Origin: Bispira polyomma
Taxonomy: Eukaryota
Direction of reading: 5' to 3'
Length of the DNA stretch: 64,000 bases
NCBI GenBank assembly: GCA_965649765.1
Contig: OZ287749.1
Location: 7,936,001 to 8,000,000, forward strand
Part shown: positions 1 through 10,838 of the stretch, piece by piece
Numbering within the stretch: the stretch's first letter is position 1
Layout: each line of letters starts with the position of its first letter
The notes under the pieces: generated by a model
Seen by the model: only the letters and a program-made list of their open reading frames with translations
What the model was told of the DNA's origin: nothing
Database searches by the model: none
Program-made: the position numbers and the translations under genes

Positions 1-368
1 CTTGTTTTGGTGGGATGATCAGGGAAATAAGACAGTCCGCCGCATGGCACGCCACGTATTCGGTGTCATATGGTCAGCAGGTGCCGCAACTTATGCCCTG
101 AAAAGGATTGTGGAAACATGTAGGAAGCAGAGGCGGGGTGTGAGTGAAGTAATCGACAAGTATTTTTTTTTTAAATGACTGTGTACATTCTGCTGGCATG
201 CGATGTGAAGCAGGTGCTACACGATGGAGGGTTTCACCTTACGAAGTTTGTATCAAATGCATTAGAAGTGCTACAAGACATTGAAGCAGAAGATATTGTG
301 AAAAGTGACAGTCTGATTGATGGGATTTACAGTCATACTCTTGGAGTGAAGTGAAACCCTGTGGATGA
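1..368 (+). mobile_element. BEL/Pao LTR retrotransposon pol fragment (reverse transcriptase C-terminal part), decayed, interrupted by the Polinton
   Basis: Manual translation gives LFWWD...RRMARHVFGVIWSAGAATYALKR and GGFHLTKFVSN...HTLGVK*NPVDDMI, which match BEL/Pao RT motifs. The frame resumes at 22009. Confidence 0.85.
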
Positions 369-374
369 CATGAT

Positions 375-488
375 AATAGTAATAGGTGTAAGTCCACAAT
401 CGGTTTATATCTCATCCAAAATTATCTCATCCATATTGCGGCTAAAAACAAAATGGCGGATTCAAAATGGCCGACAAAATCAATTTTT
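375..488 (+). repeat. Polinton left terminal inverted repeat (~114 bp)
   Basis: Reverse complement of 21889-22002 with 4 mismatches by my count. Confidence 0.97.
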
Positions 489-761
489 ATAATTTTTTAA
501 AAATTTTTTTGAACACGAAGCACAAGAAACAAATACGAAGAAACAAACTTTTATTTACACAGAGAAGTAGCACTATCAACTACAAATTGAAAAGAGCATA
601 TCACAAAAAATATAAAAGAATAAAACTTAAGAACTAAAAACAATCTTTGCTAAAATACATCACAAAATAAAGAAGATCTACAAAAAAAAAACAACAAAAA
701 AAGAGATTTATAATTACATATAATATACTTTAATTTTAAGATTAGTGTCATTAATATAATC

Positions 762-1660
762 TTAGATGTCTATAACAGGTACAACAGCAAGACCGAGTAT
801 GGTGTCATCACTGGGTAGACATTCACCACATACCAATTTTTCTAGCAGATCTAAATGACATTTACTCTGCAAACAGGAAATCTGATTTGTTGCTGTTGGC
901 AAGGCATCACAAATACGACTGTAGGCTATACCCAGAGCACAGAGATTTCTATACTTTAAGGTCAAGCCTCTTTTGGTTGGTCGAAACACATCTGTATCTT
1001 CTCTCTGGTACCAAAATCTCACACTCACCACCTGATACAGACTGCACACAGTCACAAAGATCTTATTGCCCAAATGTTGTCGGTAGTTAACCTCACAATT
1101 ATTGTACATATGATGCAGCTGCTGTTTGATTATTTCTAAATTATGAATCAAAACATTGAAAGCTCTCATACTTAGATTGATAAAATTTTCAATCAAACCA
1201 TTGGAGTCTTTTGTATAAATCTGAATCCACACATTAGACTTTAATTGATGCACACATAGGAATCTTGACTGATCTAAACAAAATTCTTCATTGAAGACAG
1301 CCTGCAGTTTGCTGTTAACAAATTTGTTATCTAAAGTGGCATCTGCACTCGCATCAACACCATTACAACTGACAGCCTTTTCTGTAGGACAACTGTTAGT
1401 CTTCTCTGCAGGATGACTCTCACTGACCACAGTCTCAAAAACTGAACTAGCATGTGAAGTGATAGGTTTTTTAACCGGGAACATCTGAGAAATTTTTCTA
1501 CTTTTCTTTTTACTAACACCAGAATCATCTGAAGCTGTAGTTGCTCCACCAGGTTTACCTAATTTAACTTTAACTTTAGGTAACCTAGGTCGTTTACCCT
1601 TTTTTTGTCAGAATTAACAACAACCATTTGCTCGGTGTTATTATTACAAGCAGACATCAT
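762..1660 (-). pseudogene. Polinton accessory gene with tandem PC4/p15-like ssDNA-binding domains
   Basis: ORF 762-1484 contains HLGNKIFVTV...VSVRFWY...RPTKRGLTL (PC4 signature), preceded by a second degenerate PC4-like repeat. One extra base in the T7 run at 1600-1606 would extend the frame to an ATG at 1660 through a K/R-rich stretch. Confidence 0.7.
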
Positions 1661-3361
1661 GAAGACTGATACATGTAATCACCAACTAACAGCAATATAT
1701 GTACCATTTGATCAATCTAAAAAAGGAATCATTACCTAATTTTTATGTATTTGTAACCCCTAAAAATAAATCTGTGGTAATTATTTATTTATAAATATGA
1801 CTTATAAACCTGTAATGTATACAACAATTAAAGAATCTTGAATATTTGTTAATGAGTCATCTAATCAACCAATAATCATATTACAAAACATCTACAGTAA
1901 AAAATAAGATCCATAATAATAATATTAATAACAAAACATCTGATAGATCCCCGACGCCTGGACAAGTGAAAGGAATGCTAAACTTCAAAGAGAACTGAAT
2001 ACCAGAATATAATGTAAGGAGCAAATAACCAACATCAAAGCAATCCAACCTTTAGAATTATTGGATATTAACTCATTGCATATATTCTCTTAACAAAGCA
2101 GTCTGTCCTTGAACATGCTGGATAAAAGTTCAGTTAATAATTAGTCATTCACCAAACAATCCAAGCACCGACATGTATTCAGACAGTACACTCACTCATA
2201 GAAAATATCATCCATTATTCTAATCTACACTTAAACTGAAAACAAACCAATTAACAACAATCTACAATAGGAAGAAGCTAAATAATAAAATGTTATCACT
2301 ACCCAATCTAACTACTAACTTTAAACCAAGAAACAAAACCACACACAACCTATAAAATCAAGAAATCACCTTTTACTTATTTTAAAACACCAGAATACCT
2401 AAACAGAGGAATATAGACAGAAACACAGGAGAAACTTGTTAGACAGAAATGACGTGCAGAACCAGACAATTTTTAACTAAGAAAAAGTAACCCTAATCTT
2501 GCAAACACCAAACAAAAAAAAACCCATATAAACTATCATTTTTATTTAAGTCTAACCTAAAACCGAAATTTCATAACTTACATCAACCTAGAAACATGTT
2601 TGAACACTATTATTCTTTGTTAACTAAAAAAATCTCACCTCTAATTAAGTTAACCTAAAACACAAAACTAAAATAGAGAAATACATCTTAACTGTACTAT
2701 TGAATTAAGTTTAACCTCAACCTAAAATCTAATACCTTATAAAAACATTGTCGTTCTGAAGAAAGTGGGGAATGTTTTGATAAGCACAAAGAAGTGGAGC
2801 ACACTATATAATTTTCAAGTCCAAACCAACCCACACACCTGATATCAAGAATCTTCATGAAATACCACAAAGGTATTTATTAAAATTCACGCATCTGTAA
2901 TATCTATCAGTGAAAATATTTAATCAACACACATATACAGGTGTAATAATTAATAAAGAAAATACAAACCATAAGAAAACTCTCTTTCTCTATAACTGAT
3001 AATTACAGTTATCCACCAAATTTTTTAATTTGCAGACGTTTAACACTAATAAAAAAAACAACTACTAATCTGCAAGTTATTACGGTAACTGTCTAATCAA
3101 TCTAGATCTAGAGTCTCGAATTATATACTGACTCAATCTGTCAACATAATTATATTGATATTGAGCTTTTTTCTTAACCAAAGTAATCAAGTTTTTAATA
3201 TGATATATGATAAAATGTCTGTCAAGTCACATCAAAGATACGTTAAAAGTCCGTTTGAGAACACAATACAGGGCTTATACATGTTATAACAGCACACCAC
3301 ACTATATAAACCACCGAGTTTGATAGTTAAAGAACCACTGATCTACAGATAATAAGCAATC

Positions 3362-3724
3362 ATGGATGTGTATGCAATCGAGCCTAAGAAATCAACTTAT
3401 GTTTATTGTGGTTTAACTGATCCACATATATGTCAGTCGGTAGTGAGAGCAGACCCAATTGCTCACTGTGAAACTTGTTATGGACTGAAACCTATTGCTG
3501 CCAAATACAACAACAAGAATTCCATATTCACATGTTTATGGTGTGAGAATGATTTCAAGTTCACCACACAAGCGGTCACACTACACATGCTCCTCTGTCG
3601 GAACACCCCTATTGCCAATTTAGGGGAATACAATGAATTAGCATGTGTATGTCAACCGAGAATTTTACTATCAAAGCTTTCTACAGAGGATCCCTTATGG
3701 ATTATCCCCACACCTGGAGAATAG
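3362..3724 (+). CDS. Polinton accessory Cys/His-rich small protein, putative zinc-binding
   Basis: 120-aa ORF with CETC, CLWC and HxxxC motifs. TATATAAA at ~3303 upstream and AATAAA at ~3987 downstream. Confidence 0.5.
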   Translation: MDVYAIEPKKSTYVYCGLTDPHICQSVVRADPIAHCETCYGLKPIAAKYNNKNSIFTCLWCENDFKFTTQAVTLHMLLCRNTPIANLGEYNELACVCQPRILLSKLSTEDPLWIIPTPGE

Positions 3725-4351
3725 TAGCTGAGGGTATGTACCCTGATGACAAGACCAAGGCAGAAGTGGTAGTTACTAAGTTGCTGTTAAAAAAAGAGAA
3801 CAGATCGAGGCAGTCAGAGACAACCCTGTGACCATTCCCACCAAGAGATGTTCAACCGAGACAGACTCGCCCAACCGGAAAAGAGGTAAAGTACACAAAG
3901 GTGTACAAGTTAAAGAACCGGTCGGCTACTTGTCAATGTATGCATAAACTGATTTATATCTATAAGTTTAAATTGTATATATATTATATAAACACTTTTA
4001 GTCTGCTAGAATTTTGTTTTATTTAAAATAATGAATTAATTAGCTACTTATCTAATCTCGCCTATAAGTGAACATATTTAAAAAAAATTTCATATCAAAT
4101 ATACATGTATTATATATGTTAAGGTGAACACAGTTGTATAATATGAATGGTAAATATAAGAATCCAGGGTGTAGCATTTCTATACGTGAATGGGCAAGTT
4201 TTTAAATATTAACCATCTGAAACCAGACTGTACACGAACTGTATTTAAATGAATTGTTATACAAAACTTTCACCCCCTGAAGTGTATAAATACCCAGGTT
4301 TTTTTAATTTGCGGTATCATTTGCTCTTTTTTTATCAAACATAAAATAACC

Positions 4352-4622
4352 ATGAATTGCACATTCTGTTCTTCGTTTAGTGAGGTGTATCTTGTTCTTT
4401 CATGTGGCCATGAAATATGCATTTCATGCTATCTAGAGTCAGATCTGTGTTTGAATTTGGATATTTAACGTCCACTCTAGTACCTTTTAGTAGGTTATAT
4501 TGGGATGGGTAGTTGGAAACACTGAGGAAACACTGCATACAGTTGGTCAGTCAGATCTGTGTATATGGTGTGGGATAACATCTACACATTCTATCATGTA
4601 CTACCAGGTAAGACAAGAGTAA
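4352..4622 (+). pseudogene. Polinton C3HC4 RING finger gene interrupted by a SINE fragment
   Basis: Removing 4451-4562 restores MNCTFCSSFSEVYLVLSCGHEICISCYLESDLCIWCGITSTHSIMYYQVRQE*. TATAAATA at ~4285. Confidence 0.8.
4451..4548 (-). mobile_element. 5'-truncated SINE (3' 98 bp) with 14-bp TSD
   Basis: Reverse complement matches the 3' end of the SINE at 40708-40966. Flanked by AGTCAGATCTGTGT at 4437-4450 and 4549-4562. Confidence 0.93.
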
Positions 4623-5059
4623 TATGCAAAGAAAATGTTTTTAATAATTTAAGCTCTTTATAAGTGCACAAGTTAAATGTTAAAAATAATCAAGAAACAG
4701 CCAACAGTGCTTTGATTGGTAGTTTAACAGTGAAAGAAAAACAATTGGTTTTTAATCAAATCTATGGTTTATTAATGTTTTTATATCAGATAAATGGTTT
4801 TAATTATTATCATTCTGTATATCAACTTCTTTTATGGTAAATTTTAATTACTTTACCAACTGTACTGTATTAATTACATGTAAAAGGTAAACTATAATTT
4901 GAAAAGAACAGTAACCTTAATCTCTGCAGCTCAAGCACTATATATTTAAATAGAATGCTGTAATCACCAACTATATAATATGTATACAAAAATGTTTTTT
5001 AAGTTACATGTAATATTAATTACGAATCGTATTGACCAATGCAGTGTAATAGTTATATT

Positions 5060-5238
5060 CAGTAGAACCTCCATTATCCAAGCATATTGTGAGACTGTGA
5101 ATTTGTTTGGATAATAGAAGGACTGTAAAATAGAAGCATTTTAGTATAAAACAATAGTAATAAATAAGTTTGGGAGAATGAAAATGACTGTAAAATCAAA
5201 GTTGGATAGTAGAGAGTTGGATAATAGAGGTTCTACTG
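5060..5238. mobile_element. Tc1/mariner-type MITE inside the Polinton
   Basis: TIRs CAGTAGAACCTC(C/T)ATTATCC ... GGATAATAGAGGTTCTACTG followed by TA. Same family occurs at 24524-25142. Confidence 0.75.
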
Positions 5239-5970
5239 TATGTTGTATATATTATAAGCTCAATGAAATTGTAGTGTTACACAACTTATGTGTATATTCG
5301 TGTAATTAGAACACAATAACTATATAGATATGTACACACTCTGTTCGGTTAATTTACATATTTTAAATTACATATAGACACCCATGACTTGGGGAATTTA
5401 AAATGTCTGTGTAGAATCTCGAATGAACTGTAGTATCACTAACCGCTACATAAACTGTATATATATATATATATATGAAATTAAAACTGGCTAAATATAA
5501 GTAAATTACTGTAATCTCTACAAACAATGGTAAAAAATAAAACGTCTGTAAAATCCTTTGCTTATTGGTTATAACTATCTATACACAACTAGTGATAAAA
5601 TATAATTTTTACACAAATGGAAGACATAAGTATAAACAGAAAGGTTAAAGAATTACAGAAAAGAAACCAATTATCAGACAGGTTATTAATAGAAACAACC
5701 TCTCCAAAAGTCAGCTGCTACCAGTAAAATGTTAAATGATTACAAGAAGTCATAGAAAAGAAACACATTATCAGTCAGGTTAATTATAGAAAGATCCTCT
5801 CCAAAAGTCAGCATCAAAAAAAAAAAGAATCACTTACTACTGGTAGTTTTATATCTAGTATTCATCCCACTCTTATTTTTATCTGCAACATTTTTACTCT
5901 TTTTACTTTTATCAGTTTCTCCAGTCGGCTTTTTCTTTGATTCACTCATCTTTGTTTTAACCTCTGTATT

Positions 5971-6425
5971 TTAAGAATCAGTAATCTGTGAATCAGTTAA
6001 AATCTCAACAGAATCACCACTAGCATCATCATCGACTATATTAATTAATGGAAGAACCTCATAATTTACAGATTCTAAATCAACACGTGGTCTAGCTCTG
6101 ACACCTCTACGACATTTACAAACACAACACCTCAATAATATAAAAATTATTGTTGGTGTTGCTGTACTAATCAAACCTACTGGAATAGTAACCTCAAGCA
6201 ACAATGCATTTTTGTTAGCCTTTATGTTATATTAAACTCTAGCATTAGATGTGTCATCTTTAACCACAATCTGTTCTGTATCCAAATGATCTTTATCAAG
6301 CACAGGAATATTAACAATCTGGTCGATATCCAAATGTTCTTTGTCAAGCACAGGAATATTATCAATCTGGTCGTTTTCCGAATGTTCTTTTTCCAGCTTG
6401 GGAATGTCAATCTTCTCAGCAACAT
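5971..6425 (-). pseudogene. Exon encoding an acidic repeat stalk, transmembrane helix and cytoplasmic tail of a type I membrane protein
   Basis: ORFs 6232-6444 and 5971-6204 share one frame, split by a single TAA. Acceptor ttttctttttAG at 6426-6427. Three ~16-aa repeats (IxNIPVLDKEHLDxDQ), a hydrophobic helix, RCCVCKCRR and VNYEVL. Confidence 0.6.
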
Positions 6426-6849
6426 CTAAAAAGAAAAGTAACAATGAATATTAGCTTTTAATAGAGCTGGTATCTAACAAAACCTTATTATAATTTTTTA
6501 GCAAGTGGACTAGCACAATTGGAGTATGGAAGCGCAGGTTGACACAGAAGATGAAACAGAAGATGAAGAAGAAGTAGAATACTGTCTAAACACTTCATCA
6601 GAGAGTCAATACTCAAGCATCACCGACGAAGAACTTTATTGATATGTGAAAAATCAGTCAGATAATTCAAACTATTGTTAATTTGAATATGCTCGTAAAA
6701 AAAGAGAGTAGAATTCAATTGTTGAAAATAATATATTGTCAATAAATATAATTTATATATAAAATGCTAGTTCTTATTGTTTTAAATCTTATCACTATGT
6801 TAATCAGTGTCATATTGCAAGTGGCTGGGAGATTTATGATCTCAGCATA

Positions 6850-7500
6850 CCAATTGGTATGTCTAACCTAGAATGACATACCAACACCACTGAACCAACC
6901 TTAGCAAGTCTTCTGTCAAATAGAAGCAAACAGAAGTTACAATCAGATTTGTAAGTGATTTGCAATCTCTACGTATCAATTGGTATGTGTAACCTGAAAT
7001 GACATATCTCATACCAATTGTTATGTCTAAACTAGAATGGTATACCAACACAAATTGACCAATCTTAGCAAGTCTTCTACCAATAGAAGCTACTGTGATT
7101 GGTATCTGTAACCTGAAACGTCATATTTCATACCAATTGTTGTAACTAAACTAGAATGGTATACCGTCACAGATTGACCAACCTTAGCAAGTCTTCTACC
7201 AATAGAAGCTACTGAGAGATTTGTAATCACTGAACCAACCTTAGCAAGTCTTCTACCAATAGAAGCTACTGTGATTGGTATGTGTAACCTGAAATGTCAT
7301 ATCACATACCAATTGTTATGACTAAACTAGAATGGTATACCGACACAAATTGACCAACGTTAGCAAGTCTTCTACCAATAGAAGCTATTGAGAGATTTGT
7401 AATCACTGAACCAACCTTAGCAAGTCTTCTACCAACGGAAGTAGCTGAGAGATTTGTGATTTCTGTACCAAACTTAACTAGTTTTTTACCAATGGAAGTC
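6850..7500. repeat. Compound tandem repeat (57-bp and ~118-bp units) in the Polinton left arm
   Basis: Recurrent TTAGCAAGTCTTCT(ACCAATAGAAGCTA) about six times and CATACCAATTGTT...AAACTAGAATGGTATACC three times. Confidence 0.85.
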
Positions 7501-7879
7501 AATAGCACTAGTTCCAATTAAGAGGTAATCGTGCTGTCACGACCTCAAGAGATTTGTGATCTCTGTATACCACCAAATATCAGTCCTTTCTCATCACTAT
7601 ATATCAGTAACTATAGGGTTGGTATTTCGATATCTATATATCATACACCGAGTTCAACTAGCACTGGAAACAACAACACTAGTTCTACTTAAGCAAATTA
7701 TTGAATAAACAGGGTAACTAGGAGAAACTGATTTTATATTCTTCCAACCAGAACACCATTTCTGAGTACCACAAGGTTAAATAACTAAAAACATCATTTT
7801 AATAAACCAACATGAATGAAACAGTGTTAAATCAACAGCAAGAAACCATATAAACTATATGTTATCACTTCTCTATGAT

Positions 7880-8206
7880 TTAACTATGCTTTATACCAGA
7901 TTGAATTAAATCACACTCCTTCACGTCTACACTGTTAAGTGGAATATACCTGCAAGGAACTCTGGTTTGTATAATTAATCTCTGCAAGAGTGTTGCACTT
8001 TGAGCTAGTTCAAAAACGTTTACAAAACTGACCTCGCTGTCGTATATTAATAGATACTGTACACTGGCACTTTTAAAATCCTTGATATCTGCATTAGTCA
8101 TCCCTGTACAGTACAACTTAGAGTTATGTAAAACACGACAGTTGTAGTTTGCTTGTCCAGGAGTTACAAAAACAAACAATATGAATATAATCACTAACAC
8201 AGACAT
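7880..8206 (-). CDS. Polinton secreted or ectodomain protein with signal peptide and degenerate LRR-like fold; probably a first exon
   Basis: MSVLVIIFILFVFVTPGQA signal peptide, 4 Cys, and LRR-like strands (VQYLLIYDS, LQRLII). Candidate phase-1 donor G|GTATAA at 7897/7896. Confidence 0.55.
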   Translation of the reverse strand: MSVLVIIFILFVFVTPGQANYNCRVLHNSKLYCTGMTNADIKDFKSASVQYLLIYDSEVSFVNVFELAQSATLLQRLIIQTRVPCRYIPLNSVDVKECDLIQSGIKHS

Positions 8207-8377
8207 ATCTATAATCCGTCGAAAGTATATGGTATCCGATAATCCTCTCGATTAATAACCACAGAAGATGCTCAACTGTCGTGATGACTTTACTAGCTAA
8301 ATGTTGTAAATGTAAATAAAGTACAGTGTATTTTAACTGGCAATACAGGTATACAACACACACTTTAGACATTTTAC

Positions 8378-8700
8378 AGGTAAACATCCGGAAATACTAA
8401 GTACTGAAAACAGGAGAAAGCACACGTTTTAGTTATGGTTCACTTCATAGATGATCACGCACCCGTCAATTTGATGTATTGTGGGTAAAAACGGAACATT
8501 GTTTACCTCAGAGATTACCCACAATTCATCAAATTGACGGCTGCGTGACCATCTACGAAGTCAACCATTTATACAGGTAAACAACCGGAAATACTAAGTA
8601 CTGAAAACGGGAGGTTTCTAAATCACACGTTTTAGATATTTATACGAGTAAACATCCGGAAATACTAAGTACTGAAAACAGGAGGTTTCTAAAACACAAA
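8378..8700. repeat. ~71-bp tandem repeat (3 copies) interrupted by a 134-bp palindrome
   Basis: GTAAACA(T/A)CCGGAAATACTAAGTACTGAAAAC three times. Inverted repeat with 54-bp arms at 8435-8488 and 8515-8568. Confidence 0.9.
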
Positions 8701-8902
8701 TTTCTCTACAAAACCAAAACTTAATTACAAATATATTATAGTAAATAATAAAACATACCTAATCAATTTTCATCTTAAGTACTCTCAAACGATCCAAAAG
8801 TTGTGTCTAAATCAGTATCCTTGATTGTGTTGTTATTTATAAATTCTACACTTTGATAAGTACAATCAATCAAAGGTGTACTAGCTCTACTCTCTTCACA
8901 AG

Positions 8903-9229
8903 TTAAATGTTGACAATGTGGTTTTTCATAAAATCTAATATAGAAAAAAAAAATGTAACACTTAATTTGTTAGAAAAAAAAGTAGATATATTACAATTAA
9001 CAGAACCTAATATAGAAGGAAAATTAATAAATACAAGTGATATGTTCAGGTTAGTCACTGACTCAAAGTACAATCTTTCAACCAAGAAATCTACTCCTGT
9101 AAATCTAGGATTTGTCACACCAATACAGCTCACAAAAAAGGTGGTACAGTCACATCTTTTGTCGCATAATTCTCCTGAAATATAACTAAGACAGCAAACA
9201 ATCAAGAAATTCACAAATAACTTTCCCAT
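8903..9229 (-). CDS. Polinton secreted protein with signal peptide and LRR N-terminal cap-like motif; 3' end uncertain, probably spliced
   Basis: MGKLFVNFLIVCCLSYISG followed by CDKRCDCTTFFVSC (C-x3-C-x-C-x6-C) and an LRR-like strand VERLYFES. The ORF tail runs through an intron-like T-rich tract. Confidence 0.55.
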   Translation of the reverse strand: MGKLFVNFLIVCCLSYISGELCDKRCDCTTFFVSCIGVTNPRFTGVDFLVERLYFESVTNLNISLVFINFPSILGSVNCNISTFFSNKLSVTFFFSILDFMKNHIVNI

Positions 9230-10049
9230 AATTTAACAGTTTATAATTACAATAAAACAACAACCTCAAAGTACTGAATGAAACAAAAGAACAACTAACT
9301 CTCAGTCGTGTATTTCAACTAGATGCTGCTCTACTATTCTATATATGAAACATTCAGCTGCAGACTGTTTAACCGTTAACACCTACACAAACCGTTAAGT
9401 ACAATAAATGTCACATAAAGAAGATTAATTATATTTACATTGGATCCCTACAACCGTCTCGCATATTTGGCGCACTAACAAACAAGTTTGATTATATTTA
9501 CATTGGATCCCTAACTAGATGGGTGCAATCTCTAACATATGTAGATTTATATCAAGCGATATATTACCATGTCATAAATAAAAACACTGTTAGCTTTAGA
9601 GTACATTCAAGTGCTGTATATATTTCTTTTATAATTATCAGAGTCCCTATATATATTTATGTAAATAGTATATATACCATCAATACACATGCGTTCATAA
9701 CTCGTAACAAAAAAAATTATTATTTGAACATATGTTACTTCATCCTTATGTGTACTTTATTTTATCTTAAAGAAATCTACGTTTAACTATTGAAATGTGT
9801 GTTGAACGGTATTGTAACCTGGCTGGTATTATCAACGTTTGTGAATTAAATATATGGCAACACAATGGACACATGTAATATTTGTAGAGCGTGTTATGTA
9901 ACTATAATATATATAAATACATATATCTGCAGTTTGTAGAATGGCCTTGTTAGTATTAATTGTATTATACTATTTTGTACTAAAGGTTGTAGAATGGTGT
10001 TCTTAGTAGTATATGTCTTGATACAGGTATTTTGTCAAAATTTAGATAT

Positions 10050-10632
10050 AGTGTAGTATGTTTCAGTGACATACGTTAACAATCTTTAAGGATTTTACTT
10101 CCTTGTTCGATACTTGGTAAAAGAAACTGTGCAGTATATAACTCGATATACTGTAGTGCATTTTAGTCGCATACGATAACAATCTTTAAGAATTTTACTT
10201 CCTTGTTCGATACTCGTTAAAAGTATGCGGTATACATCTGTTTATATAAGAATGTACTGTATGACTTGTTACGGTTATTTTACCACGTACAAGTGTCTAG
10301 TAGAACATTGGTTTTGTCCTACCCACGGCCTCGACCAGTTCGATGTTTACATTTACATTGATTTTACCGGGTGACTGAGACCAAGGATAGGACAAAGTCA
10401 GCCACCGTGTACACATACACAATACAGAGTTAGGTTCTGTAATCGTCGCACTCTCTAAAGACGTCAAGTCAAATTCTATACAGTATCAGTCATGTTATTA
10501 TTTGTATTTCTTCTTTAGTCTACAAGTCAAATTCTATACAGTATGAGCCATGGTATTATTTGTCATGGTATTAAGACGACAAGTCAAATTCTTTACAGTA
10601 TGAGTCATGATAGTATTTGTATTTCTTCTTTG
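10050..10632. repeat. Short direct repeats upstream of pPolB
   Basis: Two copies of a ~90-bp unit (AACAATCTTTAAG..TTTTACTTCCTTGTTCGATACT) at 10050-10223, and three copies of AAGTCAAATTCT(A/T)TACAGTAT..GTCATG at 10466-10632. Confidence 0.75.
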
Positions 10633-10838
10633 GAATACTGTAAATATAATAGTGTATATAATACCCTACACAAATAATGTATATTATTGTTGACATCATT
10701 TAATAACTCATCGAGCTATATATAAGGCATTACACTATATTTTGACGTAGATTATACAAATAATGCAGAGTATATAAGAGAGGAAAATTAGCACTATTAT
10801 GACATAGTAAATAACTAGCTCTACCAAGTGGTTAAATC

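Noticed and set aside
1930-2215. Decayed minus-strand ORF in the Polinton left arm
   Set aside because: Several stops in every frame and no recognisable family.
8907-9185. 92-aa plus-strand ORF
   Set aside because: Antisense to the signal-peptide ORF, with no recognisable features.
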